Assembly (NCBI GenBank): GCA_964492025.1
Contig: CAZBHR010000001.1
Span: 156,315 to 220,314 of the forward strand
Direction of reading: 5' to 3'
DNA: 64,000 bases
Source of the DNA: an uncultured Spirochaetia bacterium
GTDB taxonomy: Bacteria > Spirochaetota > Spirochaetia > CAZBHR01
Shown in pieces: positions 1 through 9,789 of this stretch. Each line of letters starts with the position of its first letter. The stretch's first letter is position 1. The notes beneath the pieces were generated by a model, which saw only the letters and a program-made list of their open reading frames with translations, did no database searches and was not told the DNA's origin. Both the position numbers and the translations under genes were made by a program.

Positions 1-307
1 TAGCATGAAAAACACGCTTCCGAAGCCTAGCAACCGTATACTGAAACAACTTCTCTCGGTATAAAGGAGAGAGATACATACATATCATAAATATACCACA
101 GACAACGGCAATAAACCCTAGGGCAAGAAGAAAAGAGATCTCACCCTCTTGATAGAGTGCTTGGTTAATCATAATTTGTATAACATACGATATCAACGTG
201 CCAAACACCCCAAAATAGAGCAATGTTACCCCGAGGATTATATAAAAATGCACTGGAGCCTTTGCAATAGAGAGAAAGAATGAGAACCTAGATTTTGGTG
301 TAGTCAT
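1..307 (-). CDS. 5' part of a probable ABC transporter permease/ATP-binding protein (runs off the window edge)
   Basis: Manual translation from ATG 307 gives MTTPKSRFSFFLSIAKAPVHFYIILGVTLLYFGVFG...FQYTVARLRKRVFHA: two TM segments, then an LR..VF motif typical of ABC exporter membrane domains. SD GGAGGGG upstream. Confidence 0.6.
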   Translation of the reverse strand, partial: MTTPKSRFSFFLSIAKAPVHFYIILGVTLLYFGVFGTLISYVIQIMINQALYQEGEISFLLALGFIAVVCGIFMICMYLSPLYREKLFQYTVARLRKRVFHA

Positions 308-449
308 ACTGCCCCTCCCCCTAAGTTGGAAGCTTGTCTCGTAAAGAGTACTTACGGAGTGTTGATTGATACCCACATTCCTATAATGTAGCGACTGATC
401 TTGTCTATATATAAGTACGTTGAATCAGTTAAGATTTACCTTTACAAAC

Positions 450-478
450 ATTATCATCGCTGAGTCTAAAAATGTCAA
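450..478 (-). promoter_or_regulatory. sigma70-type promoter for the ABC gene
   Basis: TTGACA-17bp-GATAAT on the minus strand. Confidence 0.55.
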
Positions 479-565
479 TCGTTAATTTTAGGTCTAATAA
501 AGAAATGCAAGAGGACAACAACCTGAGAATTCTAGGTTTTTACTCTCACACGCAGTCCAAAGCAC

Positions 566-594
566 AAAAAAGGCTCCCTCAAAAGAGGGAGCCC
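566..594 (-). terminator. Intrinsic terminator after PFOR
   Basis: GGGCTCCCTC-TTTT-GAGGGAGCCT hairpin followed by a T-run on the minus strand. Confidence 0.85.
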
Positions 595-640
595 AGTTTA
601 TACATAATTTTATGCAACTCTTCTAAGAGCTACCAATAGA

Positions 641-3600
641 TTATATAATGTCTCCAAGACTCTTCATAAGCTTGAACTGCTCCATAGCAGACTCTTCTGC
701 TTTTTTGAATAGTTCTTCAGCTTGATCTGGGTTAGTCTTGTAAAGAGCGGTGTATCGTCTTTCACTTCGGATAAAATCCTGGAAAGTTCCGTTAGGATCT
801 TTAGATTCCCAAGCAAGTCTTGAACCGGTATCCTTAGTAGGATCAAATCGGTATAGTGGCCAGTAACCAGACTCTACTGCTCGTTTTTGCTCAACCTGTG
901 CATCCATCATGTTGATACCGTGGTTGATACATGGAGAGTAAGCAAAGATGATAGAAGGTCCATCATAGGCTTCCGCTTCCATAATCGCTTTTTGTGCCTG
1001 AAGTCGGTTTGCTCCAAGAGAGATAGAGGCTACATATACATATCCGTAGCTCATAGCCATAAGCCCCATGTTCTTCTTAGGTAGTTGCATACCGGAGTTT
1101 GCAAACTTAGCTACAGAACCAATTGGAGTAGCTTTAGAAGCTTGTCCACCGGTGTTAGAGTACACCTCTGTATCCATAACAAGAATATTTACGTTCTTTC
1201 CAAGAGCAATAACGTGGTCAAGTCCACCGTATCCAATATCATACGCCCAACCGTCTCCACCGATAATCCAAACACTCTTATCTACAAAGTAGTCTTTCAT
1301 CTCTGCAACCTTAGCAACAAGAGCTTTTGTAGCACCTGTAGCCGCTTTTTCTGCTGCTGGAAGAGCATCTGCTACCGCTTTTTGAGCTGCCTTAGCTGCC
1401 TCATCGATATCATTAAATTTCTCCATTGCAGTTTTAAGAGCTGCGGTTAACTCAGGAGTAGTTCCTGCAGCAAGAAGCTCTTCAACCTTTTGAGCAAGAA
1501 GCTCTCGGTTGTTATTTACAGCAAGTCGCATACCAAATCCATACTCTGCGTTATCCTCAAAAAGTGAGTTACCCCAAGCAGGTCCGTGTCCATCGCTATT
1601 TTTACAGTAAGGTACTGTTGGGAAGGTTCCTCCGTAGATAGAAGAACATCCTGTAGCGTTAGCTGCAATCATTCGATCTCCACAAATCTGAGTTACCATC
1701 TTCACGTAAGGAGTCTCTCCACATCCCGCACAAGCTCCTGAGAACTCGAAAAGAGGTGTTTTGAACTGAAGTCCCTTAACAGAAGTTACCGCTACACCAT
1801 CTAGGATGTCATCGGTAGCAGCATCAAAGAATGCAGCATTCTCAACCTCACCCGCAGCTTTCTCTGCTTCAAGAGTACTAAACTCAAGAGCCTTTGTTTT
1901 TGCAGGACAGGTAACAATACAAACACCACAACCTTGACAATCTTCGGTGTACACCTGAATCTTATACTCAAGATCTTTATCATTCTTGGTGTTAGATTTG
2001 AGTGTCTCAAAACATGCTGGTTTATTTTTTAGTTCTTCAGGAAGAAGCTGTTTTGCTCGAATAGATGCGTGAGGACAAGACTGTACACACTGGTTACACT
2101 GAATACAGTTCTCCTTGATCCACTTAGGTACACGTGCTGCAACTCCTCGTTTCTCAAGTTTAGTTGTTCCTGTAGGAATAGTACCATCAAAGGACATCTG
2201 AGATACAGGAATATCATCACCCTTGAGGTGCATAATTTTCTCAACAATATTCTTTGCATAATCGTCCGCATCTTCAGAGATAAGTCGAGCTGGCTTATAC
2301 GCAGCACCAACAGAAGCAGGAATTTTAACCTCTTCAATCGCCGCTGAAGCACCATCTACCGCTGCCCAGTTCATCTTAACAATATCCTCTCCCTTCTTAG
2401 AGAAGGTGTTCTGAATAGCATCTTTGATAAGTTTGATTGCTTCATCCTCAGGAAGGATTCCAGAAATCTTAAAGAACGCAGCCTGCATAACAGTGTTGAT
2501 TCTTGAACCAAGTCCTACCTTCTCAGAAATTGCAAGTGCATTCATGTTGTAGAACTTAATCTTTCGATCAATAATAATTTGCTGATCCTCTGCAGTAAGG
2601 TGAGTAAATACCTCGTCTGTAGGAATCTCAGAGTTAAGTAAGAATACACCACCCTCTTTTAATGGTCCTAACATATCGTATCGACCAAGGTATGCTGGGT
2701 TGTGACAAGCAACAAAGTTTGCGTTGTTAACTAACCAAGGCATATTTACAGGACTCTTACCAAATCGAAGGTGTGAAGTGGTGATACCACCAGATTTTTT
2801 AGAGTCGTATACAAAGTACGCCTGTGCATTAAGATCGGTATTTCCACCAATAATCTTAATTGAGTTCTTGTTAGCTCCAACGGTACCGTCAGATCCAAGT
2901 CCCCAGAACATACAGGAGATAACATCTTCTGGTTCAACGTTAATCTCTTTGGTAACTGGGATAGAAGTATTAGTTACGTCATCATTAATACCAACGGTGA
3001 ATCCGTGGAATGCAGCACCATCAAGGTGATCATATACCGCAGCAACCATAGAAGGAGTAAACTCTTTACTAGAAAGACCGTATCGTCCACCGATAACTTT
3101 AATATCTCCTTTACCCTTAGAAGCAAGTGCAGCTACAACATCAAGATAGAGAGGCTCACCGATAGAACCTGGTTCTTTAGTTCTATCAAGAACAGCAATT
3201 TTCTTAACACTCTTAGGAAGAGCATCAACAAAGTGATCAACAGAGAAAGGTCGGTACAGTCTTACTTTTACAAGACCAACTTTTTCACCCTGTGCACAGA
3301 GGTACTTAATAGTTTGCTCAATAGTATCACAACCGGTACCCATAGCAATAATAACTTTTTCTGCATCTGGTGCACCAACATAATCGAATAGGTGGTAGTG
3401 TCTACCAGTCTTTTCTCCAACCTTATCCATGTACTCCTGAACAATACCAGGAACCTCTTGGTAGTACTTGTTAGAAACCTCTCGACCCTGAAAGTATACA
3501 TCTGGGTTCTGTGCAGCAACCTTAACGATTGGCGCCTCTGGTCTCATTGCTCGGTTCTTAAATCGAGTAATGTACTCTGGTTCAATAAGCTCATTAATTG

Positions 3601-4171
3601 TCTCGTAGGAGATCTCTTCTACTTTCTGAATTTCGTGGGATGTTCTAAACCCATCAAAGAAGCTTAAGAAAGGAACTTCAGACTTAAGAGTTGCAAGGTG
3701 AGAAACAAGTGCTAAATCCATGGTCTCCTGAATTCCAGAAGCAGCGGTCATTGCAAAACCGGTGTTTCGTGTAGACATTACATCGGAGTGGTCACCAAAG
3801 ATAGAGAGTGACTGTGCTGCCAAAGATCGGGCAGATACATGAAATACCGTAGGTAACATCTCTCCAGCAATCTTGTGCATGTTAGGGATCATTAAAAGAA
3901 GTCCCTGAGACGCAGTAAAGGTTGTAGTAAGAGCTCCCCCACTAAGAGAACCGTGAACAGCACCAGCGGCACCAGCCTCTGACTGCATCTCTACAACATC
4001 TACTTTTTTTCCAAACAGGTTTTTCTTTCCTGCGGAAGCCCAACCATCAGCATACTGCCCCATATCAGATGAGGGAGTAATTGGATAGATCGCCGCTACC
4101 TCACTGAAGGCGTAAGCAACATGGGTTGCCGCGGTGTTACCATCAATTGTAACCATCTTTTTCTTTGCCAT
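641..4171 (-). CDS. nifJ: Pyruvate:ferredoxin (flavodoxin) oxidoreductase
   Basis: YPITPS, two CxxCxxCxxxCP ferredoxin motifs, ACAGCGE and the GGDGWAYDIG TPP motif. Start moved to MAKKKMVTIDG (4171) after GGAG. Confidence 0.97.
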   Translation of the reverse strand: MAKKKMVTIDGNTAATHVAYAFSEVAAIYPITPSSDMGQYADGWASAGKKNLFGKKVDVVEMQSEAGAAGAVHGSLSGGALTTTFTASQGLLLMIPNMHKIAGEMLPTVFHVSARSLAAQSLSIFGDHSDVMSTRNTGFAMTAASGIQETMDLALVSHLATLKSEVPFLSFFDGFRTSHEIQKVEEISYETINELIEPEYITRFKNRAMRPEAPIVKVAAQNPDVYFQGREVSNKYYQEVPGIVQEYMDKVGEKTGRHYHLFDYVGAPDAEKVIIAMGTGCDTIEQTIKYLCAQGEKVGLVKVRLYRPFSVDHFVDALPKSVKKIAVLDRTKEPGSIGEPLYLDVVAALASKGKGDIKVIGGRYGLSSKEFTPSMVAAVYDHLDGAAFHGFTVGINDDVTNTSIPVTKEINVEPEDVISCMFWGLGSDGTVGANKNSIKIIGGNTDLNAQAYFVYDSKKSGGITTSHLRFGKSPVNMPWLVNNANFVACHNPAYLGRYDMLGPLKEGGVFLLNSEIPTDEVFTHLTAEDQQIIIDRKIKFYNMNALAISEKVGLGSRINTVMQAAFFKISGILPEDEAIKLIKDAIQNTFSKKGEDIVKMNWAAVDGASAAIEEVKIPASVGAAYKPARLISEDADDYAKNIVEKIMHLKGDDIPVSQMSFDGTIPTGTTKLEKRGVAARVPKWIKENCIQCNQCVQSCPHASIRAKQLLPEELKNKPACFETLKSNTKNDKDLEYKIQVYTEDCQGCGVCIVTCPAKTKALEFSTLEAEKAAGEVENAAFFDAATDDILDGVAVTSVKGLQFKTPLFEFSGACAGCGETPYVKMVTQICGDRMIAANATGCSSIYGGTFPTVPYCKNSDGHGPAWGNSLFEDNAEYGFGMRLAVNNNRELLAQKVEELLAAGTTPELTAALKTAMEKFNDIDEAAKAAQKAVADALPAAEKAATGATKALVAKVAEMKDYFVDKSVWIIGGDGWAYDIGYGGLDHVIALGKNVNILVMDTEVYSNTGGQASKATPIGSVAKFANSGMQLPKKNMGLMAMSYGYVYVASISLGANRLQAQKAIMEAEAYDGPSIIFAYSPCINHGINMMDAQVEQKRAVESGYWPLYRFDPTKDTGSRLAWESKDPNGTFQDFIRSERRYTALYKTNPDQAEELFKKAEESAMEQFKLMKSLGDII

Positions 4172-4402
4172 GAATCGCTCCATATTAGTTATAATATTAT
4201 TTGGCACTTTTTGATTAAGCACCGCAATAATTATAATCCGAGATTGGAATAAAAGCAACCCAAAAAAAGCAACCCTGTTTATTATGGTAGTTTTTTTCAC
4301 AATGGCTCTGCGGGAGACCCAAGATACACAATATCAGCTCCATTTCAAATAGAGTAGATTCCATACAAATTGTGATGTGTAACATGGGCAGGAAAAGATC
4401 GT

Positions 4403-4443
4403 AAAAAATACAGCTCCCCCCCTATGACTCAGGGAGAGCTGTA
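4403..4443 (-). terminator. Intrinsic terminator after the APC permease
   Basis: TACAGCTC...GAGCTGTA stem with a T-run on the minus strand; a second hairpin TGGTGCCTC/GAGGCACCA lies at about 4458-4497. Confidence 0.7.
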
Positions 4444-4522
4444 CACAAAGTATAATATGGTGCCTCCGTATATACCACAATACCTATAGAGGCACCAATC
4501 TTCACATCTTTTTATATATGGC

Positions 4523-5842
4523 TTAATCTTCTACGCTTACGTGCATCTTTACACTGCTATTTCTTAGGAATCCAAAGAGAAGAGCGATAATGAACACACA
4601 GATATTACCAAACCTTGCACTCCAGTGTAAGTTATAAAACATAAGACATATCTGCATACTAAGAACTAAGATACTTAATATGTTGACAAAATAGAATCCA
4701 CCATTTCCAATATGAAAGGGTGATTTTTTCCACTGCTCTGGATACAGAGAAGGAAGCCTAAATAATCCCAATCCTAAGATAAGGTACATTCCGTAATTAA
4801 GCAGTAACGCACAGTTAGCTATAAGTTCTATATCAAAACCAGTAAGAACAGGAAGTATCCCTACAAAGTAGTAAATAATGAGTAGTCTATAGGGAGTATT
4901 ATATTTGGGGTGAAGCTTTGCCAATGATGGGGAAAACCACCCATCTTCACATGCCTGCATAATAGGTTTTGTAATCCAACTAACCTGAGCATTCAATGTG
5001 GTAACCAGTGCAAACATTGCTCCACCTACTACAAAAAATACATACAGCCAAGGAGGAAGTATAGCCTCTGCAACCAAGGTTAATGGTTGATAAGCAACAG
5101 CATCTATGGGAAGCACTCCTGCTGCTACAGTAGCCATAAAGGCGTATAGCACTGCGGTGAGAAGGGTTGATAATATAATAATAAAAGGTATATCTTTTTT
5201 TGGATTCTTTGCTTCTGCACTCAGGTTTACAATTACCGTAGCACCACCTGTAGCAAAGGTAAGAAATGCCATTGCCGTAAGAAGTCCCACTACTCCATTG
5301 GTCATAAATCCGGGTTGCTCAAAATATCCTGGCTGAACCTCAAAAATACCAAAACCAACAAAAGCTGCCAACGATGCGGCTAGAATAAATATCATAACCT
5401 GTTGTAGCTTAGCGGCCTTACCTATTCCAAAGAAATTAACAATAAAAATAAATGTAATAAGTATAATTGCTATTAATCGAGAGGGAATCCCTGGAACTAA
5501 TGCCATAAAGTAATCAGCAAAAGAGAGTGCATACATAGCAATTGAGATATTAGCAATAATGAATATGATAATATACACTCCAGCAAACCGTTGTCCCATA
5601 AATACCGCAGCCTGCGTGTAGGTGCCTCCACGTAACTTAATGGTACTGGTAAGATACACCGTAGGGAGGAAAATAAGAATCACCGCCACCGCAGCAAGAA
5701 GAAATGCTATGTTTGCAGACCTCCCTGTTAGCCCAATAGCAACCCCGGTGAGTGCCATAATTCCTGCCCCAATAATTTGTCCAATAGCAACAGCAAGAAG
5801 CTCTTTTTTTCCTAAACTCTTTTGTAGATCCTTTGTTGACAT
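4523..5842 (-). CDS. APC-family amino acid/polyamine permease
   Basis: GQIIGAGI in TM1, AEAKNPKKDIP, about 12 TM segments. SD GGAGG before ATG 5842; promoter TTGACA-17-TACAAT at 5897-5869. Confidence 0.9.
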   Translation of the reverse strand: MSTKDLQKSLGKKELLAVAIGQIIGAGIMALTGVAIGLTGRSANIAFLLAAVAVILIFLPTVYLTSTIKLRGGTYTQAAVFMGQRFAGVYIIIFIIANISIAMYALSFADYFMALVPGIPSRLIAIILITFIFIVNFFGIGKAAKLQQVMIFILAASLAAFVGFGIFEVQPGYFEQPGFMTNGVVGLLTAMAFLTFATGGATVIVNLSAEAKNPKKDIPFIIILSTLLTAVLYAFMATVAAGVLPIDAVAYQPLTLVAEAILPPWLYVFFVVGGAMFALVTTLNAQVSWITKPIMQACEDGWFSPSLAKLHPKYNTPYRLLIIYYFVGILPVLTGFDIELIANCALLLNYGMYLILGLGLFRLPSLYPEQWKKSPFHIGNGGFYFVNILSILVLSMQICLMFYNLHWSARFGNICVFIIALLFGFLRNSSVKMHVSVED

Positions 5843-6042
5843 AAGCACCTCCACAGTAAACTAATAGTATTGTACTCTGAGTTTTTTCTCATGTCAAGAA
5901 ATTTTTATCATAATAAATATTTATCAAACGACTGTGCGTACTGGCACCAAAGCAGGCGAAATGCTCCAGCAGGAAAAATCTACCCTACCCTGATAATTAA
6001 TATAAGGGTACGTGAAACTCCTTTTTACTATAGCAGGTATAG

Positions 6043-7122
6043 CTACAGGGAAAGAAGCTGTTGTATAAAATCTATAAGATGTTTGGGTTGGGGAACCTGA
6101 TTGGCTATTTGATCAACTGATTTTAAGAGTTCTTTTTTGATTCGATGAAACTCTCTCGTTGCAAGGTCTACTCCCCCATTATCAATGATAAGAGACACCC
6201 CTGATTGAATAAGAGTGTGTTGCTCTTCTAAAGGGAGGTCTCCCTGAAGTTGTTGAATAATTGAGGCAAGCTCCTTCCCTATAGAGGGATTTTCCTCAAC
6301 CGCCATAATATAGGGAAGGCTCTTTTTCCCTTCAATCAGATCATCTCCAAATTCCTTCCCTTCTATCCCTTGGGTGATGTTAAGAATATCATCTTGTATC
6401 TGAAATGCAACACCCATGAGGTCTGCAAAATTTCCTAAGGATTGTTGAATCTCCTTGGTTTCTACTCCATCACCAGCTCCAACAATTGATCCCATTTCTG
6501 CTGCCATTCTTGCAAGGCTCCCTGTTTTTAGTCGGGTCATTTCGTAATACTGCTCACAGGTGGGAATTATCTCTGGATGTCTATGCCAATGAATATCTAA
6601 ACCTTGCCCAATATGAAGTCGAGTAAGGAGTCGCTGATACACCTCATACAGTGCAACTCGTTTCTCAAAAGGGTACTGCTCAATAATACGGAGAGGTGCA
6701 AGGTACATAAAGTTTCCACTATTAATGGCAACGTCCTCTCCGTATTTAAGGTGTACCGCCACATCTCCCCTGCGGGTATCAGACTGATCTTCTATATCAT
6801 CAACTACAAGGGTTCCCCCATGTACCAACTCTATAAGTGATACCAAGGGAAGCGCGGGATTACAAGAAGGATTTTGTATATCCTCCCCCATGGCCTCGGA
6901 TATCAGCAATAGAAGCAGAGATCTCCACCGCTTACCCCCACGGGAAAGTATATCCTGAACTGGCTCAATACAGGAGTTGTAGTGAGCCCAAGGTGCAGTG
7001 GGTACCCTCCCAATATAGGAGTCAAGAAAGGCCCCATCAAGGGAGGTTGGGAGAAACCCACCAACCTCTCTCTCTATTACCTCTCGATATGATGCAAATT
7101 GTGTATCATTACTCCTCTTCAT
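6043..7122 (-). CDS. Polyprenyl diphosphate synthase (trans-prenyltransferase)
   Basis: GGKRWR, first Asp-rich motif VVDDIED..RRG, KTG, second motif FQIQDD, DLIEGK. Start MKRSNDTQ overlaps the upstream gene's end. Confidence 0.93.
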   Translation of the reverse strand: MKRSNDTQFASYREVIEREVGGFLPTSLDGAFLDSYIGRVPTAPWAHYNSCIEPVQDILSRGGKRWRSLLLLLISEAMGEDIQNPSCNPALPLVSLIELVHGGTLVVDDIEDQSDTRRGDVAVHLKYGEDVAINSGNFMYLAPLRIIEQYPFEKRVALYEVYQRLLTRLHIGQGLDIHWHRHPEIIPTCEQYYEMTRLKTGSLARMAAEMGSIVGAGDGVETKEIQQSLGNFADLMGVAFQIQDDILNITQGIEGKEFGDDLIEGKKSLPYIMAVEENPSIGKELASIIQQLQGDLPLEEQHTLIQSGVSLIIDNGGVDLATREFHRIKKELLKSVDQIANQVPQPKHLIDFIQQLLSL

Positions 7123-9613
7123 TACCCTCTGCCATGGCCTGAGCCTCTGCCTCCTCTTCATTCGCAGCAAGAAGCATTTTTTGGAAGTCCCCTTCATCTT
7201 CAATGTTACCACTAAAGGAATCCAATCCAAAGTTTAAAATAAAGGATGAGTAGGTGTCATCAAAAAGATCTTCAACAAACTCAATAAGAGTTCTCTCCTC
7301 AAACCCCTCGTCTACTTCAACACTAAAGGAGTATTTTTTCTTTCTATTAATCATGTACACAAAAAGCACATGAAAATATACCGATGAGATATACTTGCTC
7401 TTGGCAAGCTCAATATCTTCGGGGGTTTTCATCTGACTCAAGTAGTTATGAATCACATAACTATCCATATTAATATAGATCTTATCAAGACTCTCACCAT
7501 CATCACTCTGGAGTACCGCAACGTTATGGTAATCCATGGTAGAAACTGTATCTAGGTGGTTCCATTCAGACTTAAGCACCTGTACAATCTCTGGCATTCT
7601 TGATTCTACCATAAGATCTAACTGGTCTTTTTTATCCACCTTGCTCTCAATAATCTCTAAAAGGAGGTACTGTACAAACTCCTCTCCATCCTCTCCAGTA
7701 AGAGAGACACGAGTACTGATTTTATCTCCAACATTTACCCAACGGGTTGAGATAAAGGTTACTTTAATCATTCCATCTTTTGGACTACTTCGTACCACAT
7801 TTACAAGATTTACAAACTTTTTAAGAGCTCTCTGTTGGGTCAACTTTATATCTAGCGCTCCTGGGTCATCTTTTCTATCAAAGTAGTCATTTGCCACATC
7901 GGTCTGAAATCGAATAGTCTTCTCTCCACCCTTTGGAATCCTAATAACAGGAACCTTTCTTCCCATGTGAGCTCGATAGTAGAAAAAGGTAGGATACGGC
8001 TGGGGTACAAAGGTCTCTTTCTCCTGCTCCCTCTGCTCCTCAATCATCTCCTCTTCTATATCAATAAACCCCTTTGGTCGAGTAATTCTAACATCCTCCA
8101 TTCGAAGAGTTCGAGAGACCAGTCCCCAGAGATCTTTGTTTCTTTTTAAGGTTTGGGAAAACTCTTTTACCAAGTCCTCTCCCTGCCCCAAAAATCCAGA
8201 ACCTATAGAATTTTTTCTTTTCTGGTACAGCCCCTTAAGCTGACTTTCTTGAAGCCTATCACTAATAAACTTACGAAGTGCCGCAGTTTCTCGACCATTT
8301 TTAAGACGGTCTCGAGATGCCATAAAGAGCTCTTTTCTAAACTCATACTTCATGTGACTACAGTCAATAAAAATCACCAAGGACTCTTTAAACAGGTGAA
8401 ATTTAAGGGAACGGGTAATAAACTCAGAGGAGAATGAACCTTGAACCTGACCGTTCATTGCAAAGAGTACACAATTTGAGGGGTTTACAAAGTCTCGACG
8501 TACTCGAAACTTTGTCTCCGCAGGGCTCTCTCCCTTTACCTGAGATTTAAACAGATAACAGGTTACACGAACAGATCCAAAATGATCGGTCTCGTACACT
8601 TCGGAGAACTTAGACTCCAAGTACCGTTTAGACTCATTGGATAACACATGATCAAGCCCATATAAATCATAGAGAAGAGGACTCTTTTCATCTCCTCCAC
8701 TTCTTCCCCACTTGTACATTGCCTGCATAGGAAGTACAGGCTGAAAAAGTAAACTATCAATGGACTGATTAATCTCTCGAGCGGTCTCCTTCTCATTACC
8801 CGCAGGAAGATCGTATGAGTAAAGTTTGATAACTGTTCCTGTAGTAAAATTTCGATTATGAAGACCTAAATCCAATTCAGTGATAGGAAATGATGGGATT
8901 TTTTCATCAATTTTAAAATACTCGTACCAAGTATTTTTAAGTTTCTTTGACTCATCTTTGGTAAAAGGGTGAATCCGAACAAGAGTAAATCCAAAGTCTC
9001 CAGTTCCATCAAACCGTTTAGATGCAACCATGTGATATCGTTTTGTCCCACAAAATACAATAGCACCAGTACCACCCATGTTGTACTTTCCTTGAACGAA
9101 CTTTATATCATTCTTATTTCCTCGTAAAAGAGAGAGAAAGGTGTTTTCAAAATCCTCAGGGTGTTGCCCTTCTCCATTATCGTAAATAGTAAAGGATCCA
9201 GTTACGCTACGACCCTTTAAGTATCCGTCCGCAATAAGCTGAATATTTTCAGCCTGTCGCACTCGAACTCTCTCATCCTCCCATCGGTTAGAATCTGGGA
9301 AAAACTTACGAACAGCATCTTCCATAGAACCGGGGGCTTGTTTAGAATCGTTTGGCTTAACCCCTGACTCTAAACATTTACGAATAAGCACAGCATCAAT
9401 AGAGTTGGTGATTTTTTCGATAAGGGCAGCAACAGGAGCTGCCTGCTGATTCTCAACAACTCCATACATACGTTCATCACCGCCAAGGGGATACCAGTTG
9501 TCGGGATTATCAAAGATATCGCTGTACCGTTTTAATACTCGGTCAACATCCTGCTCGTTTCTGGCTGCATAGAGCCTCTCAAATAGTTTCTTTAGATCCT
9601 GTTTTTTACTCAT
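7109..9613 (-). CDS. Uncharacterised 834-aa GHKL-superfamily (MORC/TopoVI-B-like) ATPase
   Basis: Bergerat-fold motifs: N-box EKITNSIDA, G1 DNGEG, G2 GKYNMGG and distal TGTVI. Long C-terminal region with an acidic tail. Confidence 0.75.
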   Translation of the reverse strand: MSKKQDLKKLFERLYAARNEQDVDRVLKRYSDIFDNPDNWYPLGGDERMYGVVENQQAAPVAALIEKITNSIDAVLIRKCLESGVKPNDSKQAPGSMEDAVRKFFPDSNRWEDERVRVRQAENIQLIADGYLKGRSVTGSFTIYDNGEGQHPEDFENTFLSLLRGNKNDIKFVQGKYNMGGTGAIVFCGTKRYHMVASKRFDGTGDFGFTLVRIHPFTKDESKKLKNTWYEYFKIDEKIPSFPITELDLGLHNRNFTTGTVIKLYSYDLPAGNEKETAREINQSIDSLLFQPVLPMQAMYKWGRSGGDEKSPLLYDLYGLDHVLSNESKRYLESKFSEVYETDHFGSVRVTCYLFKSQVKGESPAETKFRVRRDFVNPSNCVLFAMNGQVQGSFSSEFITRSLKFHLFKESLVIFIDCSHMKYEFRKELFMASRDRLKNGRETAALRKFISDRLQESQLKGLYQKRKNSIGSGFLGQGEDLVKEFSQTLKRNKDLWGLVSRTLRMEDVRITRPKGFIDIEEEMIEEQREQEKETFVPQPYPTFFYYRAHMGRKVPVIRIPKGGEKTIRFQTDVANDYFDRKDDPGALDIKLTQQRALKKFVNLVNVVRSSPKDGMIKVTFISTRWVNVGDKISTRVSLTGEDGEEFVQYLLLEIIESKVDKKDQLDLMVESRMPEIVQVLKSEWNHLDTVSTMDYHNVAVLQSDDGESLDKIYINMDSYVIHNYLSQMKTPEDIELAKSKYISSVYFHVLFVYMINRKKKYSFSVEVDEGFEERTLIEFVEDLFDDTYSSFILNFGLDSFSGNIEDEGDFQKMLLAANEEEAEAQAMAEGNEEE

Positions 9614-9789
9614 GAAACAACTATACTACGTATTGTATTTCATGTTAAGAGATTTTTGCACATTCATTACATATTTTTATACATTCCCAATGTCGCCGAT
9701 AAAACTTCTTACCCAGGCAGGAAAAAGTAAGCCTTAACTCTCTTTTTAATTTTTTTACAATATCTATTGATGAGTGAGATTGAATACCC

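Noticed and set aside
4172-4400. 43-aa N-terminal extension of PFOR, and Rex or sigma54 sites upstream
   Set aside because: The extension is an ORF-caller artefact (SD supports 4171); only half-sites or mis-spaced motifs were found
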